Shown here: positions 1 through 11,507 of the stretch, piece after piece
Layout of the letters: each line of letters begins with the position of its first letter
Position numbering within the stretch: position 1 is the first letter of the stretch
NCBI GenBank assembly: GCA_030770535.1
Contig: JASVEC010000017.1
Span: forward strand, 868,001 to 932,000
Direction: 5' to 3'
Origin: Batkoa obscura
Taxonomy: Eukaryota
Length of the DNA stretch: 64,000 bases
The notes under the pieces: model-generated
Told to the model about the DNA's origin: nothing
The model's input: only the letters and a program-made list of their open reading frames with translations
Database searches by the model: none
Position numbers and translations under genes: made by a program

Positions 1-1
1 T

Positions 2-3000
2 ATTCATGCCAAGATATTAGCCAGTAGTGAAATGGAAATTAAATATAAGCCAAAGTTTTTAACTTCTCAAATTTGGAATTCTATTATTGTTTCTATGTAT
101 AGAGATCATTTATTATCTATTGATCATTTACAAAGACTTTTATTCCAGCAAGTGGCTGGTGAACAAGAAGGAAAACGTACTCTTAAACCACCTACCTTTT
201 TCGTAGCTCAAGAAGATCAATCTTTAAATGCTGAATTTTATCCACCAGGAAGTGAAGCTGATCGTCGTATCTCTTTCTTTGCACAAAGTTTATCAACTGT
301 ATTACCAGAACCTGTATCAGTTGAAAGAATGCCTTCATTCACTGTATTAACTCCACATTACGGTGAAAAGATTCTTCTCACATTAAGAGAAATCATTCGT
401 GAAGAAGATCGTCAAACTAGAGTTACTTTACTTGAATACCTTAAGTCTTTACATTCATTTGAATGGATGAACTTTATCAACGATACCAAGGTATTAGAAG
501 AAGAAAATACAGTTTATACTGATGAAGATCCACCATCATCTATAAGATCATTTTCAGGTTATTCTGCTGATGAAAAATCTGAAATTGACGATTTACCACT
601 TTATTATATTGGGTTTAAGTCAGCTTCACCAGAATATGTCCTTCGTACTAGAATTTGGGCTTCTTTAAGATCCCAAACCCTTTATCGTACTATTTCTGGA
701 TTTATGAATTATGCACGTGCCATTAAAGCTTTATATCGAGTTGAGAACCCAGATATGGTCAAATTATATTCTGGGCATGGTAATATGTTGGAAAGAAAAA
801 TTGATATAATGGTACGTAGAAAATTCCGATTTTTAATTTCTATGCAAAGATATTGTAGCTTTACAGCCGCTGAAAAAGAGGATGTAGAATTTTTACTTAA
901 AGCTTACCCAGATTTGCAAATTGCTTATCTATTAGAAACAACCAAAGAAACCGAAGCTGGACCAGAAATTCAATATTTCAGTTGTTTAATCGATGGTCAT
1001 TGTGAAAAACTTGAAGATGGTTCAAGAAAACCTAGGTATATGATTGAACTACCTGGTCATCCTATCCTTGGTGATGGTAAAGCTGATAATCAAAATCATT
1101 CCATTATATTTACACGTGGTGAATACATTCAATTAATCGATGCTAATCAAGATAATTATCTTGAAGAAGCTATGAAGATTCGTAATATTCTAGCTGAATT
1201 CGAAGGGTTTGAAGTAGATTCTTCCATTTCACCTTATTCTGGGCATGCAAAAGATCATTATAAACCGCCAGTTGCTATTGTAGGAGCAAGAGAATATATT
1301 TTTTCAGAAAATATTGGTGTATTAGGAGATGTTGCTGCTGGTAAAGAACAAACATTTGGTACCATGACACAGCGTATTATGGCTAAAATTGGTGGTAAGC
1401 TTCATTATGGTCATCCCGATTTCTTAAATTCTATCTTTATGAATACTCGTGGTGGTGTAAGTAAAGCTCAAAAAGGTTTACATCTCAATGAAGATATTTA
1501 TGCTGGTATGAATGCTTTCCAAAGAGGTGGTAGAATTAAGCATATTGAATACTACCAATGTGGTAAAGGTCGTGATCTTGGATTTTCTTCTATTTTATCC
1601 TTTAATACTAAGATCGGTACTGGTATGGGTGAACAAATACTTTCTAGAGAACAATATTACCTTGGTACTCAACTTCCTTTAGATCGATTCTTAACCTTTT
1701 ATTACGCTCATCCTGGTTTCCATGTTAATAATGTTATGATTACGATTGCTACTCAATTACTTATGGTAGTCTTACTTGGTCTTGGTAGTTTGTACGTTAC
1801 CAACGAAAATATTTGTGAACAAAATGAAGATCTTACAGCAGCCCCTAAACCAACTGGATGTTTCAATGTATGGCCTATTTTAAGTTGGATTGTAGCTACC
1901 ATTATCTCCATCTTTATTGTATTTGCTATTTCTTACCTTCCCTTCTTTTTACAAGTATTTAGTGAACAAGGGTTTACACGTACTCTATTAAGACTTGGAA
2001 AACACTTTTTATCCTTTTCTCCAGTATTTGAAATCTTTGCTAACCAAATTTATTCTGCTTCATTACTCAGTAATTTAAGTTATGGTGGTGCTACATATAT
2101 AGCTACTGGTCGTGGTTTTGCTACCACTCGCACCTCATTTGCAAATCTTTATTCAAGGTTTGCAGCTTCCAGTATCTATTCTGGTGTAAGAATTTTCTTC
2201 ATGATCTTATTTGCTTCAATTAATATCTGGGTGCCACATTATATTTATTTCTGGATTATGGCCTTATCATTATGTATAGCTCCCTTCTTATTTAATCCTC
2301 ATGAATTTTCACCTGTTGATTTTATCTTAGATTATCGTGATTTTATCAAATGGTTATCTGCTGGAAATTCAACACAAACTAAATATTCTTGGGTTACTCA
2401 TTGTCGTATTTTACGTACCAAAGTTACCGGTTATAAACGCCGCAAATTGGGCCAAGTTGATCATTCTGCTCCTACTCCACGTGCCAATAAATGGGCTTTG
2501 ATCTTCCCACAAGTTATATTCCCAATTCTTTCCGCAGTTGTTATGGTTGCCATTTATTCTTACTTAGGTAGTATGACTGGTCGTAAAAATTCAATCTTCC
2601 GTGTGGGTGCTGCTGCTTTAGGTCCTATTGCTCTTAATGCAGCTGTCTTATTAGTCTTATTCTTCGTTTCTTTATTGATGGGCCCAATCGTCAATATGTG
2701 TTTCAAACCATTTGGTAATGTAATAGCCGGAATAGCTCATGGATGGTCCGTATTGGTTGTAATCATTATCTTTTTATTGTTATTAATGTTAGAAAATTGG
2801 GAATTACCAAGTGCTATTTTGGGTATGATAGCATCCGTATTTGTACAAAGAGCTATCTTCCAGATCATTGAATCTTTATTATTAACCAGAGAAACAAGTA
2901 ATGAAGCTTGTAATGTAGCTTGGTGGACTGGTAGATGGGGTTCTCAAGGTTTAGGATTTATGGCATTAACTCAACCATTAAGAGAATTTTTATGTAAAAT

Positions 3001-3322
3001 CATTGAAATGTCTTATTTCGCTACAGATTTTATTACTGGTCATTTTATTATGGTTGTATTATTCCCAGTTACATTAATTCCATTAATTGATCGTTGGCAT
3101 TCGGCTATGTTGTTTTGGTTGAGACCATCTCAACAAATTCCAGCACCGATCTATTCAGTGAAACAAATCAAAAAGCGTAGAAGAAGATATATCGGTTATT
3201 TAATCTTGTTTATACTTGTTGAAGTTATATTATTGGCTGTACTCATTGTACCTGCATTGATCGGTAGTAAAATCGGGTTTAAACCTTCCTCTATCTCATT
3301 TCTTAAGAATTATCTTATCTAA
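2..3322 (+). CDS. FKS1: 1,3-beta-glucan synthase catalytic subunit (GT48), 5' end lies outside the window
   Basis: Frame is open from base 2. Motifs RRISFFAQSL, RIWASLRSQTLYRT, ILGDGKADNQN, QLIDANQDNYLEE, HYGHPDF, KGLHLNEDIYAG, QCGKGRD; multi-pass C-terminus. Confidence 0.98.
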   Translation: MHAKILASSEMEIKYKPKFLTSQIWNSIIVSMYRDHLLSIDHLQRLLFQQVAGEQEGKRTLKPPTFFVAQEDQSLNAEFYPPGSEADRRISFFAQSLSTVLPEPVSVERMPSFTVLTPHYGEKILLTLREIIREEDRQTRVTLLEYLKSLHSFEWMNFINDTKVLEEENTVYTDEDPPSSIRSFSGYSADEKSEIDDLPLYYIGFKSASPEYVLRTRIWASLRSQTLYRTISGFMNYARAIKALYRVENPDMVKLYSGHGNMLERKIDIMVRRKFRFLISMQRYCSFTAAEKEDVEFLLKAYPDLQIAYLLETTKETEAGPEIQYFSCLIDGHCEKLEDGSRKPRYMIELPGHPILGDGKADNQNHSIIFTRGEYIQLIDANQDNYLEEAMKIRNILAEFEGFEVDSSISPYSGHAKDHYKPPVAIVGAREYIFSENIGVLGDVAAGKEQTFGTMTQRIMAKIGGKLHYGHPDFLNSIFMNTRGGVSKAQKGLHLNEDIYAGMNAFQRGGRIKHIEYYQCGKGRDLGFSSILSFNTKIGTGMGEQILSREQYYLGTQLPLDRFLTFYYAHPGFHVNNVMITIATQLLMVVLLGLGSLYVTNENICEQNEDLTAAPKPTGCFNVWPILSWIVATIISIFIVFAISYLPFFLQVFSEQGFTRTLLRLGKHFLSFSPVFEIFANQIYSASLLSNLSYGGATYIATGRGFATTRTSFANLYSRFAASSIYSGVRIFFMILFASINIWVPHYIYFWIMALSLCIAPFLFNPHEFSPVDFILDYRDFIKWLSAGNSTQTKYSWVTHCRILRTKVTGYKRRKLGQVDHSAPTPRANKWALIFPQVIFPILSAVVMVAIYSYLGSMTGRKNSIFRVGAAALGPIALNAAVLLVLFFVSLLMGPIVNMCFKPFGNVIAGIAHGWSVLVVIIIFLLLLMLENWELPSAILGMIASVFVQRAIFQIIESLLLTRETSNEACNVAWWTGRWGSQGLGFMALTQPLREFLCKIIEMSYFATDFITGHFIMVVLFPVTLIPLIDRWHSAMLFWLRPSQQIPAPIYSVKQIKKRRRRYIGYLILFILVEVILLAVLIVPALIGSKIGFKPSSISFLKNYLI

Positions 3323-3802
3323 GAAAATTATCCTATTTTCTTCTCTATATCATATTATAATTGCATCTATCTTTACTTTATTCATTAATATAAAATAAAA
3401 TTGATTTTTTTTAAAAGTAGTTTTTATTTATAAAGTTTATAGTTTTTTATCAGTAAATAATCAAATTCAAATTAACTTGATGATCAATTTAAGATTAAAA
3501 TGATAAATTAAAGATTTTAAAAAACAAACTTTATTTTGAATCAATATCAAGAGCATAGATTCATAGTAAAATTTTCATTTGCCTTTAGTTTCAATAATTG
3601 TCTTCTTTTTTACTTAATTTAATGTCACTGTTTATATCTCTTTACCCCTATTATATTTATTAAAGTACAAATTTACAATGCTTCATTTTATCATTATATA
3701 ATTTTTATTTTCATAAATTTTAACAGTCACATAAAAAATATTAAAAAATGAAAAGGTTTATTTCAACTAATATACAATTAAATTCAACGATCCCCATTAG
3801 GT

Positions 3803-4003
3803 TCAATAGTCCTTATCTTCTGGTTTAGTTCTACCTTCCCAGTCGAATGGCACTGTATGGATGTGTCGACTATTAAGATGTTGCATTGTTTTTGTGGTCA
3901 TAGTGTAAACACCAAAAGATAGGGCAAATGTTAAAATGGCTACCAATGGATAAACTTCAGGTTTAAGTTTTAAAGCTAAAGATCTGGATTTGTTTAAAAA
4001 CAT
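3803..4003 (-). CDS. B12D/NDUFA4(COXFA4)-like mitochondrial microprotein, array copy 1 (divergent C-terminus)
   Basis: 66 aa. Basic N-terminus, PEVYPLVAIL motif, one TM helix, C-terminal PFDW. TATA-like TAGTATATAAAC upstream. Confidence 0.75.
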   Translation of the reverse strand: MFLNKSRSLALKLKPEVYPLVAILTFALSFGVYTMTTKTMQHLNSRHIHTVPFDWEGRTKPEDKDY

Positions 4004-4280
4004 TTGGATTACTTGTTTTGTTTGTTTGTTTGTTTTGATATAAATTTTTACTAGTATATTTTATTTGTTTATATACTAACAATTCAACTCCATAACCTCA
4101 GTAGGATTATTATATCATTATTGAATGGACCGTAGTTATAATACAGGTTTAATGAATATGATAATTTTTAGAATAAAAATATATTATAAAGATTCTAATA
4201 TTAACTATCGGATAATTCAAAAATCAGACCACTACTTAATTTTTGAGTATTTTTAAAATAAGAAATAGAATTAAGGATCT

Positions 4281-4365
4281 ATTTTTTGGTTTCATTTATT
4301 TGTTCATTTTTTAAGCACTATTCAGTGGAAAAATTGGTAGTAATGTTCTTCAATAAAAAAAACAT
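4281..4365. mobile_element. Degenerate ~98-bp MITE copy
   Basis: TTTTTTGGTTTCAT...TTTTAAGCACTATTCAGTGGAAAAATTGGTAGTAA matches the family core; ends eroded. Confidence 0.6.
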
Positions 4366-5257
4366 GACTAATTATAAGTTTTTAAAATCTATTCTTTGAA
4401 TGGATCTTAGATAAAAATCAGACCATTATTGACTCAGCTTTGCAATTTTTTGGAATTGGACAGGAAAATTCATATTTATTTGCGCAGTCTATAATATTTT
4501 TTCAAATCAATTCAAATTTTGACAGATGAATCTATTTTTAAAATAGTGAAATATATTAGATATGATTTAATCCTTTACTAAATAGAATTCTATTTTAAAA
4601 TTATCCCATTTACTTTTCTAATACTAGAGATAAAAATTACTGCATATAGTTTAAAGCATTTAGACACAATTTTTAATATATTATTTAAAGTGAATTTGTT
4701 AGCTTTAATCCCTAACTTTAAACTTTAAACAACCCCTAATCTTAAACTTTAACAAACTATATATATAACTAAAATGTCTTCATATACTTTATTTTCTTGA
4801 TTATTCTATATATAATAATAAAGTTGGACGATTTGCTAATAATTTTTAAGAAAAATACATCTTCAATATTGGCATCATTTTAATTTCCCGAACTTTTACT
4901 TTTATTTTCTATTCATAAAAGTCGATCAAGTATGACATCGTGGTTCGATTATTTTCTATGATTATCTATTGAACCTTAAGATATCTAAAATTCTTTTTAT
5001 TGTAATTCTAATAATTTAATAGATTTCAATAATAGCAACTATTATTTCTACTATATTGATAATAGTACATATTATTGCTATAATAATAATTATTATAATG
5101 CTAAAGCTCTATAGTTACTACTTTATTTTGTTATTTTGTCAATACCTCGTTATAGTAACAAGTAATACGATTATTTTTATTAATATAATAAATTAACAAT
5201 AAGAGTAGTACTAGCGATAATTCTCTATTATTATTTTATTATTATTATTTATATTAT

Positions 5258-5363
5258 ATATGGGGAAGTATTTTTTTGTTTAAGAATTTTACTAACAATC
5301 TTTCCACTCAAATAGTGCTTAAAAATGGAAAAAATAATGAAATCAAAAAAAACACCCTCATAT
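5258..5363. mobile_element. ~98-bp MITE with ATAT flanks
   Basis: ATAT|GGGGAAGTATTTTTTTG...CAAAAAAAACACCCTC|ATAT; coordinates include the TSDs. Confidence 0.9.
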
Positions 5364-5452
5364 ATTGTTTTAATTTTAACATAATTTGAATGATACAATT
5401 AATTATCATTTTAAAATTGGTGTTGAAATAACTGTTATATTGGTTCATAATG

Positions 5453-5585
5453 ATAAATAACAAATAATAAATAATAAATAATAAATAATAAATAATAAAT
5501 AATAAATAATAAATAATAAATAATAAATAATAAATAATAAATAATAAATAATAAATAATAAATAATAAATAATAAATAATAAATA
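5453..5585. repeat. (AATAAAT)n 7-bp tandem repeat
   Basis: About 18 near-perfect consecutive units read directly. Confidence 0.95.
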
Positions 5586-6014
5586 TAAATCATTATTGTT
5601 ATATTAATAAAAGCATACTATTAATATATAATACCATTTAAGCACTATATCACATATTGACAACGACAATAGCACTAATCCTAATAACAATTTATCATTA
5701 AATCAAAATTTATTTATTTGTTATATTAATACTGTTATATCATCATTATTATTTGATACTAACAATTATTGTTTAAATAAAAAAGAGAGATAAAATAACT
5801 ATAACCACGATTTTTTATTTTTCACTATAATATAAATAGTAAGTTTAATATAAATAATATTATAGTAATAATAATGGTAAACTATTTATATAAATATTAT
5901 TTGATACTATATCGTATGCTATAAATTAGTTTAAATTACTACAATTTTATTTTTAGATATAAATTCCAACAATTATATAAAAAAGTAAAAAAAAAATTGA
6001 AATATTTATTAAGC

Positions 6015-6262
6015 TTACTTCCATTCACTCTCAACTTCAACAATCCCTTTTAAATTTACTATTCATTTTTTATCCCTCTTATTTTTCCCTTCTAAGCTTA
6101 ATTCCTTTGCGTCCACTTTACTATTATCATGTTCTTTTACCTTTGTATGTAGAATGTATGCAGAATGTATACAGAAATAGGGCCAGTAATACGTAACAAT
6201 AATACAAATAAATAAACCTGGTTGAATTTTTTTATCTAATAAAGATTTTGCTTTAAAATCAT
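6015..6262 (-). pseudogene. Frameshifted B12D/NDUFA4-like array copy
   Basis: ATG at 6262, then a shifted frame reads AKSLLDKKIQPGLFICIIV and the end reads NLKGIVEVESEWK*. Matches neighbours (AKSLLHLNIEPQIYPLIVIV ... HLQGIIESESEHKSK). Same upstream TATA motif. Confidence 0.7.
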
Positions 6263-6463
6263 ATTAATATTTAATTTTTATTTTACCCTTTAATATCCTT
6301 GTTTCTTTCTTTATATACTATAAATATTACTACATAAGTTTACTATGATTATTTTATTACTATTGAGTAATCATAACTAAGAGCTTAAAGGTTGAATTCA
6401 TACTAATGATTTAAATTACAAAAGCATAGAAAACTAATCAAAAATAAAATAAAAGACACAAAT

Positions 6464-6733
6464 TTATTTCGACTTATGTTCACTTTCACTCTCAATAATC
6501 CCTTGTAAATGGTCCAACTCTTCTGGATTAACATGAGCTGTGACCTCCTCTTTATGTCTACCACCTGAGTATAGTATGTTTTTATTGATTTGTTGATTAC
6601 TGATATATCGTTTTGATTCTTTATAAATAGTATAACCACCAATAGTAGCAGCAGCACCTACAATCGCTACTAAAGGATAAACTTCTGGCTCAATTTTCAA
6701 GTGTAATAAAGATCTTGCTCGGTTTAAAAACAT
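6464..6733 (-). CDS. B12D/NDUFA4-like microprotein, array copy
   Basis: 89 aa, MFLNRARSLLHLKIEPEVYPLVAIVGAA, single TM, C-terminal GGRHKEE...VNPEEL. Confidence 0.8.
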   Translation of the reverse strand: MFLNRARSLLHLKIEPEVYPLVAIVGAAATIGGYTIYKESKRYISNQQINKNILYSGGRHKEEVTAHVNPEELDHLQGIIESESEHKSK

Positions 6734-7024
6734 TTAAAAAATTTCTTTTATTCTTTTACTATCATAATGTCTCTTTTTTATACTATAGTTTAGCATATAA
6801 ACTCCTTGTCATTGTTATGTCATTTTATTAAATTAACCATAGCTAGAAATCAAATTAACAAACGTAATAAGTTTCAGAATAATGTCAAACCTTTTCATAA
6901 ACAGTTGACACTTTTGGGCAAATTTAAAATGATAGTTATTTATAAAAAGACCTGATAAATTTACAGTCTACAGAATTGACCATTTAAAACTTCAAAACTA
7001 AGAAAGGTTAAAAAATATCAATAT

Positions 7025-7285
7025 TTATTTCGACTTCTCACTCTCAATAATCCCTTGTAAATGGTTCAACTCTTCTGGATTGACATGAACTTTGATTTCT
7101 TCTTTATGTCTACCACCCGAATTTAGTACTGTCATATCCCTATGCTTATCACTAATATATTGCTTTGACTCTTTAAAGATAGTGTACCCTGCAACAGTAC
7201 AACCAGCGCCTACAATCACTATCAAGGGATAAATTTGTGGTTCAATATTTAGATGTAATAAAGATTTGGCTCGATTTAAAAACAT
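7025..7285 (-). CDS. B12D/NDUFA4-like microprotein, array copy
   Basis: 86 aa, close paralog of 6464..6733 (IEPQIYPLIVIVGAG; GGRHKEEIKVHVNPEEL). Confidence 0.8.
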   Translation of the reverse strand: MFLNRAKSLLHLNIEPQIYPLIVIVGAGCTVAGYTIFKESKQYISDKHRDMTVLNSGGRHKEEIKVHVNPEELNHLQGIIESEKSK

Positions 7286-7512
7286 TTAATTAATTATTTT
7301 ATTTTCTACTTTAACTTTATCATTATTTATTTCTTTATATACCATAATTTGACTAGGTAAGTTTCTTGTCATTGTTATATCATTATTTAATAATCACTTA
7401 AAAGTTTAAAGTGTAATCATACTAATGATATAGATAATAAAATATTAAATTAAAAAGTATCTAAAATCAATCTTCAAACAATTCATGAAAAATGAGAAAA
7501 AAATTATTAAGC

Positions 7513-7776
7513 TTATTTATCATCACTAACAATATCAACAATCTCCTTTAAATTGCTCAACTCCTCAGGCTTAACATTCACTTTCACTTCTTTTTTGTTT
7601 CTACCGCCTGTCTTTAATTCCTCCTTATCTATTTTCTTACTATAATTAAAAGCCTGTTTTCTTATATAAAGAGCGTAGACACCACTAACCTCAACAATGC
7701 TTAATACTGCTATCAATGAATAGATTTCTAAGTTAACTTTAAAATGAAATAAAGACCTTTCTCAGTTTAAATACAT
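7513..7776 (-). pseudogene. B12D/NDUFA4-like array copy with premature stop at codon 5
   Basis: ATG TAT TTA AAC TGA (7776-7762) where the paralog at 6733 has ATG TTT TTA AAC CGA. The rest of the frame is open and homologous (GGRNKKEVKVNVKPEEL). Confidence 0.8.
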
Positions 7777-8083
7777 CTTATGAACTTATTAATCTATTCT
7801 TTTTATATCCTTAATTCGTTCTTTATATATTATAATTACTACTGTATAAGCCTACTATCATTATTTCATTATTATTAAATAACTGTAGCTTAGGGACTAA
7901 AGCTTACAATATTAACAGCAATAATCAATCACAAAAAGTCAAAAATATTAAAGCTCACTAGTAGTTTAATTGTTCCTAAATTTCAAAAACAAAAATGCAT
8001 TAAGGAAAAAATAATAAATAAAAGGTTTATTTCTTATCATTATCATTATCACACTCAATATTAATCATTCCCTTTAAAGCTTA

Positions 8084-8293
8084 TCAATTTTTTTTTTCTA
8101 GCTTAGTTTCATCTTCCAAATTCAACTCTTTCATTTCCCTTTCTATTCTCCTACTATAGATATATTGTTTAATCTTTACATATATTGTATAGCCAATAAT
8201 AGTTCCAGCTGCATCTAATATTGCTACTAATGGGTAGTGAACAGCGGGTTCGATTTTTAAAGGGATTAAAGGCTTTGATTGGTTTGAATACAT
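8084..8293 (-). CDS. B12D/NDUFA4-like microprotein, shortened and divergent array copy
   Basis: 69 aa, LKIEPAVHYPLVAILDAAGTIIGYTIY. C-terminal GGR motif lost; may be decaying. Confidence 0.65.
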   Translation of the reverse strand: MYSNQSKPLIPLKIEPAVHYPLVAILDAAGTIIGYTIYVKIKQYIYSRRIEREMKELNLEDETKLEKKN

Positions 8294-8543
8294 TTAATAA
8301 GTTATTTTTTAATTCTCTTGCTGCCATCAGTTATTTCTTTATATACTATCATTATTTTATCATTGTTGAGTAACTATAGCTAAGTGGTTAAATCCTGTAA
8401 TTATAATGTTGATTGATTGCAAAGGCTAAATCAACTAAGAATTCGAAAAAATCAAAAATTAAGAAAATCGAAAAACCAAATCAATAAGATCAGACTAAAA
8501 AATACACAAATAAATTTATTATATCTCATTTTTGCTTCTTCAT

Positions 8544-8801
8544 TTACTCTTTCTTTCCACCATGAATATGATCCAAATTCTTTAACTCGGAGGGTTCAAT
8601 ATTAGCTTTCATATGCGTTCTTAATCTCCCATTTGTTTTCAATTCACCATCAATAACATCATGTTGATTTGTATGTTGTTCTTTTTTTCGATACATAGTA
8701 TAACCAGCGATAGCTCCAATGCCACCTAGAATTGCAGCTAATGGAAAGATTTCAGGATCCATTCTCCAATGAAGTAATGAAGTTGCTTTACGAAGTACCA
8801 T
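8544..8801 (-). CDS. B12D/NDUFA4-like microprotein, array copy
   Basis: 85 aa, WRMDPEIFPLAAILGGIGAIAGYTMY, resembling the plant B12D WxRPEVYPLF motif. Confidence 0.8.
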   Translation of the reverse strand: MVLRKATSLLHWRMDPEIFPLAAILGGIGAIAGYTMYRKKEQHTNQHDVIDGELKTNGRLRTHMKANIEPSELKNLDHIHGGKKE

Positions 8802-9125
8802 ATTTGAATTAATTTTTTGGTTAAGTTAATTATAGTTTTATTTAGTTTAAGGAGATGATATGGGCTATATATACTTATTGTCTATCCATCACACAAATTG
8901 GAGCGTCATTTTTTATCATTATTTTAAAATTAGTGATTTAATTGTAAGTATGAGATCAAATTTAAGTTTAGATCATAATTCTTTCGATTGCAAAATTATA
9001 ACAATCGAAGATATAATTTATGCCTTTTTGAAAAAAGATAACAAATTATGCAGACTAAGAAAAATTGGAAAGAATAACCAAAAGTTAGATTAGAAATTGA
9101 TTTTCATTAAAACTTACAAAAAAAT

Positions 9126-9715
9126 ATGGGTAGTAGCAAATTAGTCAACGCGAATCCAATAATTTATAATACTACATCTATCAGTCGAGAGTTAGGTCAA
9201 GAAGCATTTGATGAAAATATTCGAGATGAATTTGATTCCTTAGAGATATTTGATTTAATTAAGAATATTAATGATCCAGAACATCCATTGACTTTAGAAC
9301 AATTAAATGTGATTCAAAAAGATCATATTTTTATTAATGATATTAAAAATAAAGTTCATGTTCAATTTACTCCTACAATTCCTCATTGTTCTATGGCTAC
9401 TTTAATTGGTTTATGTATTAGAGTGAGATTATTAAGGAGTTTACCTCCTAGGTTTAAGGTAAGTAAAATAATTAATTCATTAAAGATTTAAAAGTTCAAT
9501 TTTTTATATTAGATTGATATCACCGTTAGAGAAGGTACTCATCAATCAGAATTAGCTGGTAAATTTTATATTTTATTTATTTTAATATAATTTTGTTTAA
9601 TATTTTAAAAATAGTAAATAAACAATTAAATGATAAAGAAAGAGTATCAGCTGCATTAGAAAATCAAAGTTTATTAGAAGTAGTAAATCAATGTTTATCA
9701 ACTACTTCAGATTAA
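9126..9715 (+). CDS. CIA2: Cytosolic Fe-S assembly component 2 (CIA2/FAM96B/MIP18), 3 exons
   Basis: [15 protein letters not shown] and [20 protein letters not shown] introns 9459-9512 and 9559-9614 restore [25 protein letters not shown]. Confidence 0.95.
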
Positions 9716-9868
9716 AGAAAAAGAATTTAAAAAGAAAAGAAGAAAAGAAAAGAAAAGAGTATTTTTTATATTATGGAGAAATAAAATTAAGATTTATTGT
9801 TATTATTATATCTTATTTTTATTTTTATTGAATATTTATTAATCTTAATCAAAAAGAGAAAGATTGAA

Positions 9869-9907
<39 letters not shown>

Positions 9908-10243
9908 AGTGAAAGAGTGAAAGAATGAAAATATTTTTATTATAGATGAATAAAATACTATTTCATTATTATTATATTCATTTAGTTTATATTTAATTAA
10001 ATTATTTATTAAGCTGAGCTTAATTTTGAAACATATTTGATTATTTTAGTAATTTTTTTAAAATAAGTTTAAAAGAAAGATCAGTAATTTTAAAATTACC
10101 AAATTATGCACCATGAAAATTTTTATTTAAAAATAAATAAAAATTACAATATTTTTAAAAAGGAATAATAATAATTAATAACTAATTTCTCTTCCTATTT
10201 ACAACATTCACTTTAAAAATTGATTTTTATCAATAAAAACTTA

Positions 10244-11507
10244 ATGAATCAATATAAAATTATTACTTCAGCAAATTGGTTACCAAAATATCGAAGAATT
10301 AATATTCAACATAGTTTACCAATATATAAATTACCTTCTATAACACCATTACAAGCTAAAAAAGTAGCTAAAGTAGATTCTGGAGAAGATGCCTTTTTTT
10401 TAAATTCAACAGTTAAGAATCAATATTTAGGTAAATTTAATAAAAGTTATTCTATTTCTTATACATAAAGAATCATAATTTAAATATTAAAAAATGAATA
10501 AAAAGATTAATTAATAATATTAATTAATAATATTAATTTATAGGAATAGCAGATGGAGTTGGTAGTTGGGAAAAAGTAGGCATTGATCCAAGTCAATTTT
10601 CTTGGTCTTTAATGAATCACGCTAGTGAAATTATTCAACAAAATCGAACTAGTTTTGGTAATGAAATGGAATTATCTTCATTAGAATTATTACAACAAGC
10701 TTATAATCGATTATTAAAAAATAAAGAAAAAGTAGTAGGTAAGTAAAAAAAAATAAGAATTAAAATAATTAATTTATTAATTTATTTATTATTAATTTAT
10801 TAATTTATTTATTATTAATAATTATTTTTTAAACATTAGGTAGTAGTACCGCTTCTATATTAAAAATTAATAAATATAATGGTCAACTTAATGGGGTTAA
10901 TTTAGGTGATTCTTCTTTTTTAATAATACGAAATAGAAGTGAAATTATATATAAAAGTCAAGAACAACAACATTTTTTTAATTGTCCTTATCAACTATCT
11001 ATTATTCCTAAAGAATATCAATTAAATCAAGGATATATTAAAAATGAGCCATCAGATTGTAATCAAATTGAATTAGAATTAAAAGAAAATGATTTAATTA
11101 TATTAGCTACAGATGGTTATTTCGATAATGTATTTGATGAAGAAACTATTAATATTATTCAAAATGAATTTTTACAATTTCAAGTTAATCACAATACTCA
11201 TGCCTATTCATCAGTAAATGAAACTACAAAACAATTAATTAATATTAAAAATTCAGATTGGTTACAATTAAAGATACGTAAATTAAGTAATAAATTAGCA
11301 GAAACAGCAAGAAAATATTCATTAAATCCAAAAAGATTATCACCTTGGTCTAATTCTTTATTAAAATATCATCAATATTTAGAATTGGGGGGGTAAGTTT
11401 TTTTAAATAGTAAAATTAATAATATAATATTAAATATTTATATTAATTAAATTAGGAAATTAGATGATATTACAGTACTAGTAGCATTAGTGCAAAAAAA
11501 TGAATAA
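10244..11507 (+). CDS. PTC7: PP2C-family protein phosphatase PTC7-like, multi-exon
   Basis: Spliced motifs SGEDAFF, GIADGVGSW, GSSTA, NLGDS, QQHFFNCPYQL, LATDGYFDNV, GGKLDDITV. Start codon uncertain. Confidence 0.9.

Noticed and set aside
4920..4960. tRNA suggested by GGTTCGA
   Set aside because: No acceptor stem, D-arm or anticodon arm can be folded around it.
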